A stretch of DNA of 64,000 bases from Eledone cirrhosa (lineage: Eukaryota), in the NCBI GenBank assembly GCA_964016885.1, contig OZ024741.1, positions 282,162,001-282,226,000 on the forward strand. The letters are read 5' to 3'. A program made the position numbers and the translations under genes. Under the pieces are notes generated by a model. That model had not been told where the DNA came from, did not search any database, and saw only the letters and a program-made list of their open reading frames with translations. Of this stretch, positions 40,094 to 52,800 are shown one piece after another (position 1 is the first letter of the stretch; every line of letters begins with the position of its first letter).

Positions 40094-40224
40094 CATATAT
40101 ACGTTATTCCGGGTTGAATCGGAGGTAACCACAGTAAGTAAGGTACTCAATACATAGCAGAGTATAAAAGTTTTAATATAGATGAGATTCTACAGGACTA
40201 GAACTGTTTCATTCATTAGAAATA

Positions 40225-40262
<38 letters not shown>

Positions 40263-40543
40263 CATATATACTGCAAGGTGGTTGTGTGGAGGTGCCACAG
40301 CAAAAAAGCACCCAGCCCACACTGTAAAGTGGATGTGTAGGCGCCACGGAAAAAGCACCCAGCACTCACTGTAAATGAGGTTGGTGTTAGGAAGGGCATC
40401 CAGCTGTAGAAATCAAGCCAAAATCAGTTCCTGTATGAGCAAGGCATGGTCAGCCGACCAGACACTGCCCACAACAGGACAAACCGTCTCACCCATGCTA
40501 GCATGGAAGAACGGACGTAAAACGGTGATGATGATGATGATGA

Positions 40544-40579
<36 letters not shown>

Positions 40580-40814
40580 TCATCATCATCATCATCATCA
40601 TTTTACGTCCGCTTTTCCCTGCTTACATAGAGGTTATGTTTAATTTGTTGGGATACAACAACCAAAATATTTTTATAACTGATATAAAGCACTCAAATTA
40701 TTGGAGTAAATATACAATATATTAACAAATGGAAACTATATTTATAAAACCAAATTGAAATATGTATAATGAAATAAATTTGGTTTTATAAATATAGTTT
40801 CCATTTGTTAATAT

Positions 40815-40882
<68 letters not shown>

Positions 40883-43800
40883 ACTCTTTAAAATTCACAC
40901 ATACAATATATATACATATATCTGTAACTCTAACGTTTACATGGACACACAATGCATTTCTATATCAGTCATGTTGCTCCAATAAGAAGTTCACCTTTCA
41001 ATCACAAGGTCTTGGGTTCTAGCCCTACATTTTCACCTGTAAATAGTTATCTCTCCAAAGTTACTCAAACATTTAATCCTGTATGTCATTTGTACAAATG
41101 ATCATTTATATAATTATGTCCTAGAAATATATTATTAAAATATCATTCTTATCACTTCCACACATGTGTCAGCAATCAATATAAACTATAGGGTTCCTCT
41201 TATGCAAACCCTAAATTTGGTCAGACTGCAAATTTCCCAGTGTGTATATATAGAAATCCTGGGCTCCAAAAATTATATATGTTCAATGTTATTTCTACCA
41301 TTAGTGATGGCACTAGTTCATTATTATGATATAGCAGTAGTTGGATTTAAATGAACAAACTTTGAGTCCAATACTCAATCAACATATCTATGTTGACATT
41401 GTTTTTCCACAAGTAAAACCGTTTTCTCTCAACGAAGTTTCAGTCGAATATCAGCGAAGAGTTACATTCAATTAAAAAAATTTATTTTTGTGGGTGAGAA
41501 GTAACTAAAGGTACATCCAGAAAACCAGGTAAATATTGATCTTACTTACTGTATCATTATCAGCAACAAGATAAAGTTCCACATATCTTGTGTTTTTGTT
41601 GCTACCATAGGGTCCTCGCAAACTCCGGCGTACCTGCACAACAAAATAAAAAATTTGCTGTTAAATTTTAATTACCAAAATTTGATTTCTAATTTAAGCA
41701 GGAGGGTAGCAAATTCTGAGGAAAAGGAGAAAGCTGATTAAATCAACCCCAGTATGTGACTGGTAGTTTATTTTATCGATCCTGAAAGGATGAAATGCAA
41801 AGCTGACCATGACAGGATTTGTAATCAGAATGTAAAAAAGCAGAACAAACACTACAATAGCCTTTTGTCTGATGCTCTAACAATTCTGCCAATCCACTGC
41901 TCTATTAAGATACCAAATATCAACTTTATGATTAGTCTAATATTATAACTCTAAGAAAAATGTGGAGAGTTTCTTACAAAAATGAAATCATGTTAGTAAT
42001 CTAATGAGAATTGCAGTTAAAGAGTTTCGTAACTTGTAAATATGTATCTATTGTCTTAAATGTTGCATGGATAAAAATACATTATACTCAATAATTTATT
42101 CTACCCGTTATGAGTAAATAGCTCACAGAAATACAGTACATTGTTGCAAGATGGGGAGGGAATATCATATAGATGAGAGAAATAGAAGGAGTCCTTTGGT
42201 CATGACTGACCAGGGATTTTTATCTGCCATGTGTATCCTGATTCTTAGAGCAGATACACTTTATTTCTGTGTGCCATAAGAGGCAATTAAATGGGTTGGC
42301 ATCAGGAAAGCCATCCAGCTATAAAACATCACATCCAACACATGCCAGCATAGAAAAGTGGACATGAAAACATGATAAAGTAATGATGAAAGTTCTTCTC
42401 CAAGGAGAAAGCATGGTGTTTTGTAGAATATTAACTGTTATCCATGTATGCCAGTTACCTCTCCTCATACCAAAGATATTGTCAAAGGGAAGGAAAAAAA
42501 ACTGATATAACTTGACACTAGTGCTACTGCAACTCACTTTTGCGAACTGACTGAGCAACATTAAATAAAGTGTCTTGTTTAAGGAAATAATACTCCACCT
42601 GGTCTGAGAATTGAACCCACAACCATAAGCTTATGGGCCTAACATCTTAATTACTCAGCCATGAGGCTTCATGTATAGATGACAATAGTTTTATTAACAT
42701 ACAGTGATGAGTTAAAATAACTTTATGGGTAACATTTACAGTAGATTGATACCCTGTCCAAGGAGAGTGAGAACTCAAAAGATGGAAATCTAATTAGTTT
42801 CAATCTTGAGTTTAAAGGTGAAATTATAAATGATTAATTGTTGTTCTCTTATATCTTTATTTGGAACATTCAACTAAGATGATGTTCTCCAAACTGTGAC
42901 AACCTATCTAATCTATGCCAATGTGGTAATTGAATGTAAAATGATGATTATTGCCAGCCTAAATGGGCATGAATGCAAAAACAAAAGAAATATATATTTA
43001 GAATATAAAAAAAAAAATGAGCAGATAATTTTAAAGGAGATTATGTTAGTCATAAATGGGAAAATATAAAATACAAAGGTGTAGGCATTGGTGTGTGGTT
43101 AAGGAGTTTGCTTCACAACCATTTGATTTCAGGTTCAGGCCCATTGCAGGGCACTTTGGGCAAGTACCTTCAACTATAACTTGAGTGGAATTTGGCAGGC
43201 AGGAATTGTGCAGAAGCCCATCACACACACACATCTGTGTGTGTGTATGTTAATATTTACTTAGCAGTTTGATAAAGAGATCACTAAAATAAGTACAGGG
43301 TCAGATCATCCTGGATACTAGAATATGTACACCATATCTCTGTGTTTAGAAAGAGGTAACTAAAAGGGTTGATGTTAGGAAGGGCATCTTGCTGTAAGAC
43401 ATCTCAAACTATTCTCTCCAAACTCATGCCAGCATGGAATAGTGGTCATAAAAACGATGATGATGATAAAAGCTGTGCCCCAGAATGGCCAGTCTGAAAC
43501 CAGTAAGAAGAATAAAAGTATATTTACATTTGATGCATTCAATGGCAACTAAACCTACCCGTTTATAGAGATTTTTTGAAAATAGCTGGTGAATATCCCT
43601 ATGTTCATGTTCATCATTACCTGAAATCAAAGATAATAACATAAAAATATAAAAATATACACACATATACACATAATATATTATTATATGACTTAACCCT
43701 TCTGATAGCAGATTGTTTGAAACCACATCTAGATCTATTATACATAACTGTTTATTTTAAAGTGTTTAAGGTGATAGTGCTGGTCCCACGATGAAAAACA

Positions 43801-46800
43801 CTCAGTCCACTTTGTAAGGCGGTAGTGCTGGTACCATGATGAAATACAGCCAGCCCACCCTGTAAGGTGATAGGGTGGTGCCACAATAAAAAACAACCAT
43901 TCCACCCTGTAAGGTGAAAGTGCTAGTACCATGACAAAAAAAAAGCACTTAGTCCACCCTTTAAGGTGGTAGTGCTGATACCATGACAAAGAAAAGCACA
44001 CAGTCCACCCTGTAAGTTGGTAGAGCTGGTGCCATGACAAAATAAAACCATCCAATTCCCCTGTAAGGTGATAGTGCTGGTGCTACGACAAAAAAATGAA
44101 TATTGTAAAGCATTCTATCCTATGTCTCAATTCACCACCTTCAATTGTAGATACTCATGATAAAAGCAAGATGATGGAAGACAAGAGAGGAAGGTGATAG
44201 GGTTTGATCTGTAAACAAATATTGGGTTTCACAAAGGAGCTGATTCTATACTAGAGTTCCAGCCAATCATTGCCAGAATAAAAATGGTAGTCATTAAAAT
44301 AAATTATATGATAAGCTATAATAGTCATTTCTGACATAGGCACAAGTTCAGCAATTTTGGGGGAAGGGAAAGTGATAATATTAACCCTAATACTTAACTG
44401 GTACTTTAATTTATCGACCCTGGAAGGATGAAAGGCAAAACCGATTTCAGCAGGATTTGAACTCAGAACATAGAAAGTCTTAACTAAATAACACAAATCA
44501 TTTTGCCTGCTCTACTGATGCAGCCAATCCACCACCCTCTATAGTAATTTCTAATTTAGGCCCAAGCTTACTTCTACAATAACCTGGATATTGTCCAATA
44601 ACCTGAATATTGTTATGTATAACTACTTCTACAACAGCTTAGATTGTATTAGCAACCCATTTGAGAAGATACTTTGTTTTGTAATAACTGAATTAGTTAT
44701 GCATCCAGTCCACTCTACACTCTATAAAGTGGTTGGTGATACAAAGAGCATCCAGTTGTGTCAAAGACTTGACAAGCTCTCCAGTGCCAGTATCATGAAA
44801 AAATGTACCCAGAAGAGTGAGGGACCATAAGTAAGCTGTGGGCTGCTAGCTCATCTGAGTACTTGATAGAGTGTGGGAATGTGTGTAAGATGCAGGATCC
44901 CAGTCCATCTGTGGTGTCACTACCTCTACTTAAGTACTGACCTGGTCGTTAAGCAAGGGAAAGCTGATGTTAGATAATTCATCATCATTATCATCCTTTA
45001 ATGTCTATTTTTCCATACTTGCGTGGGTTATACAGGTTGTCACATTATGAGACACGTCAGGTCAGGACCTACACCTTGTTCATATGAATCTGTATTATGA
45101 TGGTGAAATCAAATTTGCAAGCAGAGACCATTATATGGTTCTATTTTCAGTCAAAGACATTTCACTTTGGTGGTGCCATTATTGCTATGGAAAAGACTAA
45201 CATAACATCTTCCTGCTTATTTTTTTTGTCCTTCTACGAAATATAGGGTCGATGTGCGAAATGAAAATTGGCATAGGAGTTTTGAATAAAAAAATTCTTG
45301 TTAACAGGAAGAATGGATGTATGATGATGAGAGTGAGGATCTAGCAAATAAATTTTCATTTTTTATTATTTTACATCTGGTTTTCAAAGAAATTGTTTAC
45401 ATCAGTGCTTATTGAAACTGCTTTCTCTAAAGAAAACCCTGAAAAAGAACATGAAATACTGAATCCCTAGAAAACATGTTGACCTCTTAAAGATCATACA
45501 AAAGGTGTTATCAGTTCCTAAAAAACATCTAGCTTTGTTTTTTTCTTAGTTACTGGTTGTAACTATTTCCCATCACTTACCTTGCCAAAATCACAGATGG
45601 AGTTGATAGACTGTTAGATTACTATTGTTGTCATCGTTGATGGTTCACATCCCATCATAAATGTTGCACTGTTCCAGATACATATCTCTTGCTGTAAATA
45701 CATACTATGAATAGATAGAGCTCAATGCTGTACACAGCAGGAGCAGGAGCACTATATAATTATCAAGCTCTACATTAGTTTGCAGTACTGAATCTGAGTT
45801 CTCTTAAGGAATCTGGGTCATTTTAGATGCTCTGGGGAGCTGGGCCACTGACAACAAGGATTTTGTTCTCATTATCAGCTAGAATTACTGAAGTATTAGG
45901 CAATGCTTGTGAGGGTGCTTGGCTATTCCAGCACCTTAGCCTCACTATCACCAATGCTAATGTTGTGAGTGTCTTGGTTATTTTGCTTATGAAGGTGCAA
46001 TACCTCAGCCTTGCTTCAGCAGTGGTAATGCTGTGAGTGTCTTGGTTATTTTTACACAAAATTTCCCCAACATTACTTTACTGTGAGTAAGTTTGGAATG
46101 TATACATGGATTTGCTGCTGAGAAAGGTATAAACTAGATGCATTCCATGTATATTCCTTAAAATACTATGAAAACCAACAATCCACTAATGGATTCTGCT
46201 GATTATGGAAAGTAAAGCAGCAAAGACTGATACTGGATAAGTGTTGAAGTCATTGTTAAATTATATCAGAAAATTATGATCTTTAAATAGTATGTTCCCA
46301 ACACAGGTGTAAATATTTTAGAAAATGTCTTCTCAGTCAAAGCTAGCATGGGGATATACAACGAAATGTAAACATAGATATGATAACAACAACAACAATA
46401 ATAACAAGTTTTTTTTTTTAAAGGTTTCTCTAACAATCGGTTGCTAGGTGCAGCATGTTAATTGGCTTCAGATCAATCTCTGATCTCAGAGGCTCAATAT
46501 ATTGTGTAGGATTCTGACTGGTAGAAATTTGGGCACTGACTCTGAAGTCGGGTATCCCAAGGCTTTTGATGAAAGACGTAAGATACTAAAGGACCATGCC
46601 TAGTACCCCAATGAGAATTGGTACAACTTCTGTCTCTACATGGTGATCAGTTCTAATAGTGCCTGCACACTTATTGATCTTTTCTATTTCCTTTTCAGCC
46701 ACATTGTGGTCTTGAGGGATCACAGGATCAATTAGAGTTCATTTTGGCGGGTTGTTTGTTTTTTCAAAAATGAAGGCGGTTGTGTTGGACTTTGCGGGCT

Positions 46801-49800
46801 TGATCTTGAGGTCCCAAAAATAACTCTACTCCCTCACCTGATAGGCAGGATTCAAAAGGGACCATATTTGTACCACTGACATTGCGTTTCTATGTATCTT
46901 TTGCAGAACTCCCAATAGACTCTTTTTGATATAAGATCATGTCAGATTTTATAACATCTTTTTGCTAATTGCATACATTCACTAGCAATATGTTCCATAG
47001 ATTCATCTGCTTTATGGCATACTCTGCAGAATGGACAACAATTTTGTACACTGATGTTAGCTTTCACCCAATTGGTTTTGAGTGCCTGGTCTTGTGTGGC
47101 AGTAATAATAGCCTCAGTGTTCTTTTTAACCCAACCTGATCTAAGCCAGATTAACCCAACCTGACCCAGGGTCAGCAATATCTTTAATGACAGCTGGAAA
47201 TTTACCACAAAGAGCCTTTACTTTCCATGCCTATTCTTGTTTCTCTCTAAAGACTTTGTTGAATGCTTTCTTACCTTGACTTTCTGTTATAAAATCTTCC
47301 TTTAGAAGCTCTGAGTTGTTGTTCTTCAGTTAATATTAGATAGTCCCACAAATTATTGCATTCATTACGTACACATTGCTCAGTCAAAATTAAACTTCTC
47401 CCACCTTCCTTTCTCTTAAGGTACAGTTTGCAATATTTGCCCTTGGATGTAAACACCCATTGCATGTTAAGATCTTACATGTGCATCTATCAATTCTTTC
47501 AAGGTCTTGTTTCATCCAATCAACTATTCCAGCACTATACCCCACTACTCCCAAAGTCCATTGTTTTATTAAAGATGTTAAATCTCCTACATACAGTTTT
47601 GACTTGGACAATTTTCTCACTCTCCTGATGTTATCCTTTTTAATCTTTTCCTTCATTTTAACTGTTCTGATTCCTGACATGCTCAAATAATAATAATGAT
47701 AATAATAATTAATATAGGATCTTACCACAATGTGATACTGTTTCGTCTGTCATATTTTTGTACCAATAATGTAATGTTGAGTGTGAATTATGTTCAACTG
47801 GCTCAATATGATACATTCCATCATCATTGATAACGAGGCCACTGTAATAAGTAATATCATGATTGACTTAGATCTGTTGTTTATTTGGTATTGATTACTT
47901 GTTAATAATCAAATCAACAAAACTTAATCATCTGAAAAATCAATTTTAGATTAAAAAATTAGACGGTGTTGTAGTTTGCTTGAAGCACTGTAGAAAGTGT
48001 AGAAAAGTGTCTGTTTCTTTGTTTTTTTTTCTTTGCCAAATTTAATATCTTACATTGTTGTAGATTTCTGATAACACTATTTCTGTAACAATTAGAACTT
48101 TCGAGACACTATTGAACATATTTGATTAAGTGATGAAGAGATAAAAAAATAGGGTGGGGGCTGGGGTGGAGTGGGGCAATGAAAAGTAAAATATTACGTG
48201 GTAAGGAAGGCAAAACGGAATAACATTAAACACTTCGATAATAATAGTTTTTAATTTAGGCAAAAAAAAACAATTTGGGGGTTGGGGAAAGTCAATTACA
48301 CCAATCCCAGTACTTGAATGGTACTTTATTTTATTGAGCTTGGAGAGATGAAAGACAAAGCTGATTTCGGTGGGATTTGAAATCAAAACATTGAGCCATA
48401 ATGAAATACTGCAATGAATTCCATCCAATGTATTAATGATTCTGCCAATTCACTGCCCTTAAATACCTTCATAATAAGGATTTCTAACTTTGGCACAATG
48501 TCTTGCATTTTGGGGAAGGTGTGCAGTTAATTTAACTGACCAGGGTATATGACTTGGGCTAATTTTATTAACTCCGGAATGGTGAAAGGCAAAGTAGCCC
48601 TCAATGGGATTTGAATTCAGATTGTGAACCACTGAATTATACAGTCATAGACTGCCTAATTAGTTGTCACAACCTAGTGGGCAGAAGATTTTGAGAGACC
48701 CATTAGATACCTCTCTTTTTCTGTTGGTTTACACAAAGAGATCAAATAAGGAGCTTGTGATAATTCATGAGCCATAGTTTTCTTTATAACCTTTTCTACA
48801 AAAATATTCCCCTTTAAGCTATAAAAAGAACAAAAAACAAGTTAGACAATTCTCCTTCCTCTATACTAACATCTGTAACCTTTATTCCAACTTTGATCAT
48901 AATAATATGCAATACACAAATCTCTGTCTCTTATCTCTCCTGCCCAGACTACATTCAATATTCAAACTTTGTTTTGAAAGGTAATGTCAATGTTCATATC
49001 GAACACAATCTCCCTATAGCTTATTTCTTTTCAGCTAGACATTAACAACAAAGATTTTCAGTTATCCTGGCTTAACATTTTTCTTCTCCATTGACCAGCT
49101 GTTGTTTGATTGTCTTTTGCACATCAATTTCTAGTCATTCCTTTCTGAAGTAAAAACCCTTGGGGTTTTTATGCACATCTCGGCTTTGTTTTTATACTTC
49201 TTTCTTTCACACCAACATCACTCCAGATGATACTATACTTCACTTCTCTTTACACACATACACGAAATTTAGACAGGCACCTATTTTCATAAAAACACAA
49301 AACAAAACAAAAATCCTCCTATAACAACACCACAAATACACAAACATTACATATAAAAAAATATATAGTCTTGCACTACGTTCTTCATACAATACACATC
49401 AAACACCCTAAATCACATCTAATAAAAGTTAGGGTTACTGTTACACAACCAAACACCCTAAACCACACCTAGTGAGAGTCACTGTTACATAATCAAACAC
49501 CCTAAACCACACCTAGTAAGGGTTACTGTTACATAATCAAACACCCTAAACCACACCTAGTAAGGGTTACTGTTACATAATCAAATACTCTAAATCACTT
49601 CTAATTCCAATGAATAGTTTTATATATTACTTCATGAATGTATAAAAATCCTGTTCCCAATTTATTCCCAATATGATATCAGAATGTAATGGCATTCTGA
49701 ATGTTTCTAAGAACCTCACTGGAATAAAACTTTTATAATAGAGTAGAAGTGCAATAAATTTATATCCACACAATATCATAATGCAGTTTTAGGAGATTTG

Positions 49801-52800
49801 GGGAAATGTGAAAGAAAGGAAGCTTGTGACACATGAAATCATAATGAAAGGTGAAACTTCAAATATAAAGTCATAAGAACATACAAATCATTTATTATAA
49901 CAGAACAGAGTTTCCATGTTCAGTAAGGATCAACATGGGGAGAACTACATTAAATGGTGCTACAAAAGTAACAATATGGCACCTCATAAATTGATAATAT
50001 TCTTGCAGCAGATAACAATTGTCACAGAACACACACACACTTCATATATGTTCATCAATATAAGTTTTTTAATAACATTTTAAGAAAAAACAAATATAAA
50101 TAAAATATATGAAAGGGAAAGGGAAACAGGAGACTGAAACTAATACAAAACTTCACTAAGCTCCCCCCTCCACTCCACATGTACACATGTTAGAAGTGTT
50201 GTTTTATATATATATAATATAAAAGAGAGATATTTGTTGGTTGGTGTTTTTGTGCATCACACAAAAATGAAAATTGACAGTCGAAAAGTAAGTACACCAA
50301 TGGAAAAAAGGTATACCCAAAGAGGTTTTTTGATACTCGTTTTATAACAGCAAACAAGAAAAACACCCAGGTGTACTAACCAACCAGACTGCTTTTTCTA
50401 GCAGGGCTAAAAGCACAGAGTGAAGGCTTCATCTTAGCTCTCCAAGATTATTGATATGGAACTACCAAACCAATGTGATGAGAAATTAAGTAAATCCAAA
50501 GTGCCAATTCTGCAATGATGAGATTGAAACAGTGGATCACTTAATCTCAGGATATAAAGTTTTAGGACCAGTAGGGTATAAATCTAGACATGACAGAGTT
50601 GGCCAATATCTACTGGTTAATATGTCAGCATTATAAAATTAAAACTGTTGACAAGTGGTACAAGTATCACTCTGAGGCTATGCCTGAAGGAGAAAAAGTA
50701 ACGATTTTTGGGGACTTTCCTGTAAATACTGACAGGACCATCAAAGCTAATAGACCAGATATTATTGTAAAGGACCAACATGAAGTTTGTTTATTAATTG
50801 ATGTGAGCATCCTATGTGATCACAATATCACAGAAAAAGAATTTGACAAGCTCAGAAAATATAAAGATCTGCTAATTGAAATTGAAAAAATGTGGCACCT
50901 CAAGGCTGTTACAATACCAGTGGTTGTAGGAACACTGGGAATGATAAAAAAAAGGAATAGAACAGTATTTGAGAATGATCCTTGGTGCAAACATTGTTTT
51001 AACTGATACTGCACACATGTTGAGAAGAGCACTATCACTGTGAGAATGATGACTCTCCATGTGTGTATGTGTGGATATTTGTATTTATATGTGTGTGTGT
51101 GTGTGTGTGTGTGCGTATGCATATGTCTGTATGTATGTATATATAAATATTGTGTGTGTGTGTGTGTATATATATATATAGATATTTTTTTTTTTTAAAA
51201 AGCTGTAAATATAATCAATATGGTGTGTTAACTGGCTTACCAATGTATACAGTGAGTTTATTTACCCTAGGTGTCAGGAAGACACTTAACAAAAGACAGA
51301 AACAAAACTGAAGGAATAGGAAAAACAAACAAACAATAATAAAAATAATAATGATTTCATTTATTGGCCACAAGGTCGGACTTTTTTTTTTTTACACTTA
51401 CGGCACCTAGGGTTCCCAGCGATCACCCATCTAAGTACTAACTAGGCTCGACGTTGCTTAACTTCGGTGATCGGACGAGAACCGGTGTTTTCAGCGTGAT
51501 ATGGCCGTAATAATAAAAATAATAATAATAATTGTTTCTACTTTTGGCACAAGGCCAGCAATTACCCAGTGCATTACTGGTACTTTATTTTATCGACCCC
51601 GTAAGGATGAAAGGCAAAGTTAACCTCAAAATAATAATAATAATAATTTCTACTTTAGGCACAAGGCTAACAATTTGAAGGGGAGGGAGAGAGTCGATTA
51701 AATCAACCCCGTGAAGATGAAGGGCAAAGCTAACCTCAACAGGATTTGAACTCAGAACATAAAGGGCCATAACTCAATGCTGCAAAGCATAGTGGCTGAT
51801 GCTCTATGAATTATGCCAATCCACTACCCTTCGTTTTCTACTATGGGCACAAGGCCAGCAATTTGGGGAGAGGGGAAAGTCAATTAAATCGACCACAGTG
51901 TGTTACTGGTACTTTATTTCATTGAACCCATAATAATAATAATAATAATAATAATAAATTACCTGATACCATCACAAGTACTAACAGCAACACTGGAATA
52001 GGGGTCTCCTTCAACATGACCATGATAGTAGCAATGTTGAGCAATCTGAAATAATAGCAAACAGATAATTATTTCATGTTATATCAATTTTAATTAATAT
52101 CTTAATCAGAAGATTATGGAAATAGGGTAAATAATTGTGTGAGTCATGGTAGGAAGAGCATTTAACAGATAAAATTAGAAACATTCCACTACACAATTGG
52201 GTGTTATATATATAAATATATTGATTTCTAATTTAGGCCTGCAAATTTGAGGGAAGGTTAAAGTTAATTAAATCAGCCCCAGTACTTCACTGGTATTTTA
52301 TTTTATCGGTCCCAGAGGATGGAAAAAAAAATTGACTCTGGTGGGATTTGATCTCAACTTACAAAGAGCCAGAGCAAATATTGCAAAGACATTTTATCTG
52401 ATGCTCTATCAATTCTTTCAATCTGCCACCCTTGTGTAACATATATATTGCAGTGTGTTGTTGATTGTACTTGGCATGTCAAGAGTAGATTATTTTAGCA
52501 AGGGGCCTCCAAGATGTGGCAGGGGAGGGGGGGGGGGCAATTTGGGAGCAATTCGTCCAGTTTGTATAAGTTCAGCCATGGTGACAGTAATTGCTGCTAT
52601 GAAGATACAACCAAAATTGATCAAAACTATAGTTGCAACTATCAACACAAAGAAGAATTTTCTCAAATTGTTTTGTTTCCACAGTATCTGTGAAAGTATT
52701 TAGCTTTGTTAAACATTTTTTCTTCTTCAAAATAAAAAAGGGAAAATTTTAATAATTACTATTAATTTTCATTCCAAATGAAAAAGATCACCTATTGACT

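Noticed and set aside
41425-41462. Hammerhead-like words on the minus strand (CTGATAT...GAAAC ttc GTT)
   Set aside because: Core mismatch and no stem II
45581-45610. Possible ADAM exon with a good gtaagt donor
   Set aside because: All frames hit stops within ~45 nt; the chain 47726 to 43620 is complete and in phase without it
51397-51510. Functional 5S rRNA gene
   Set aside because: Solo copy, clipped 5' end, small deletion, oligo(A) instead of an oligo(T) terminator
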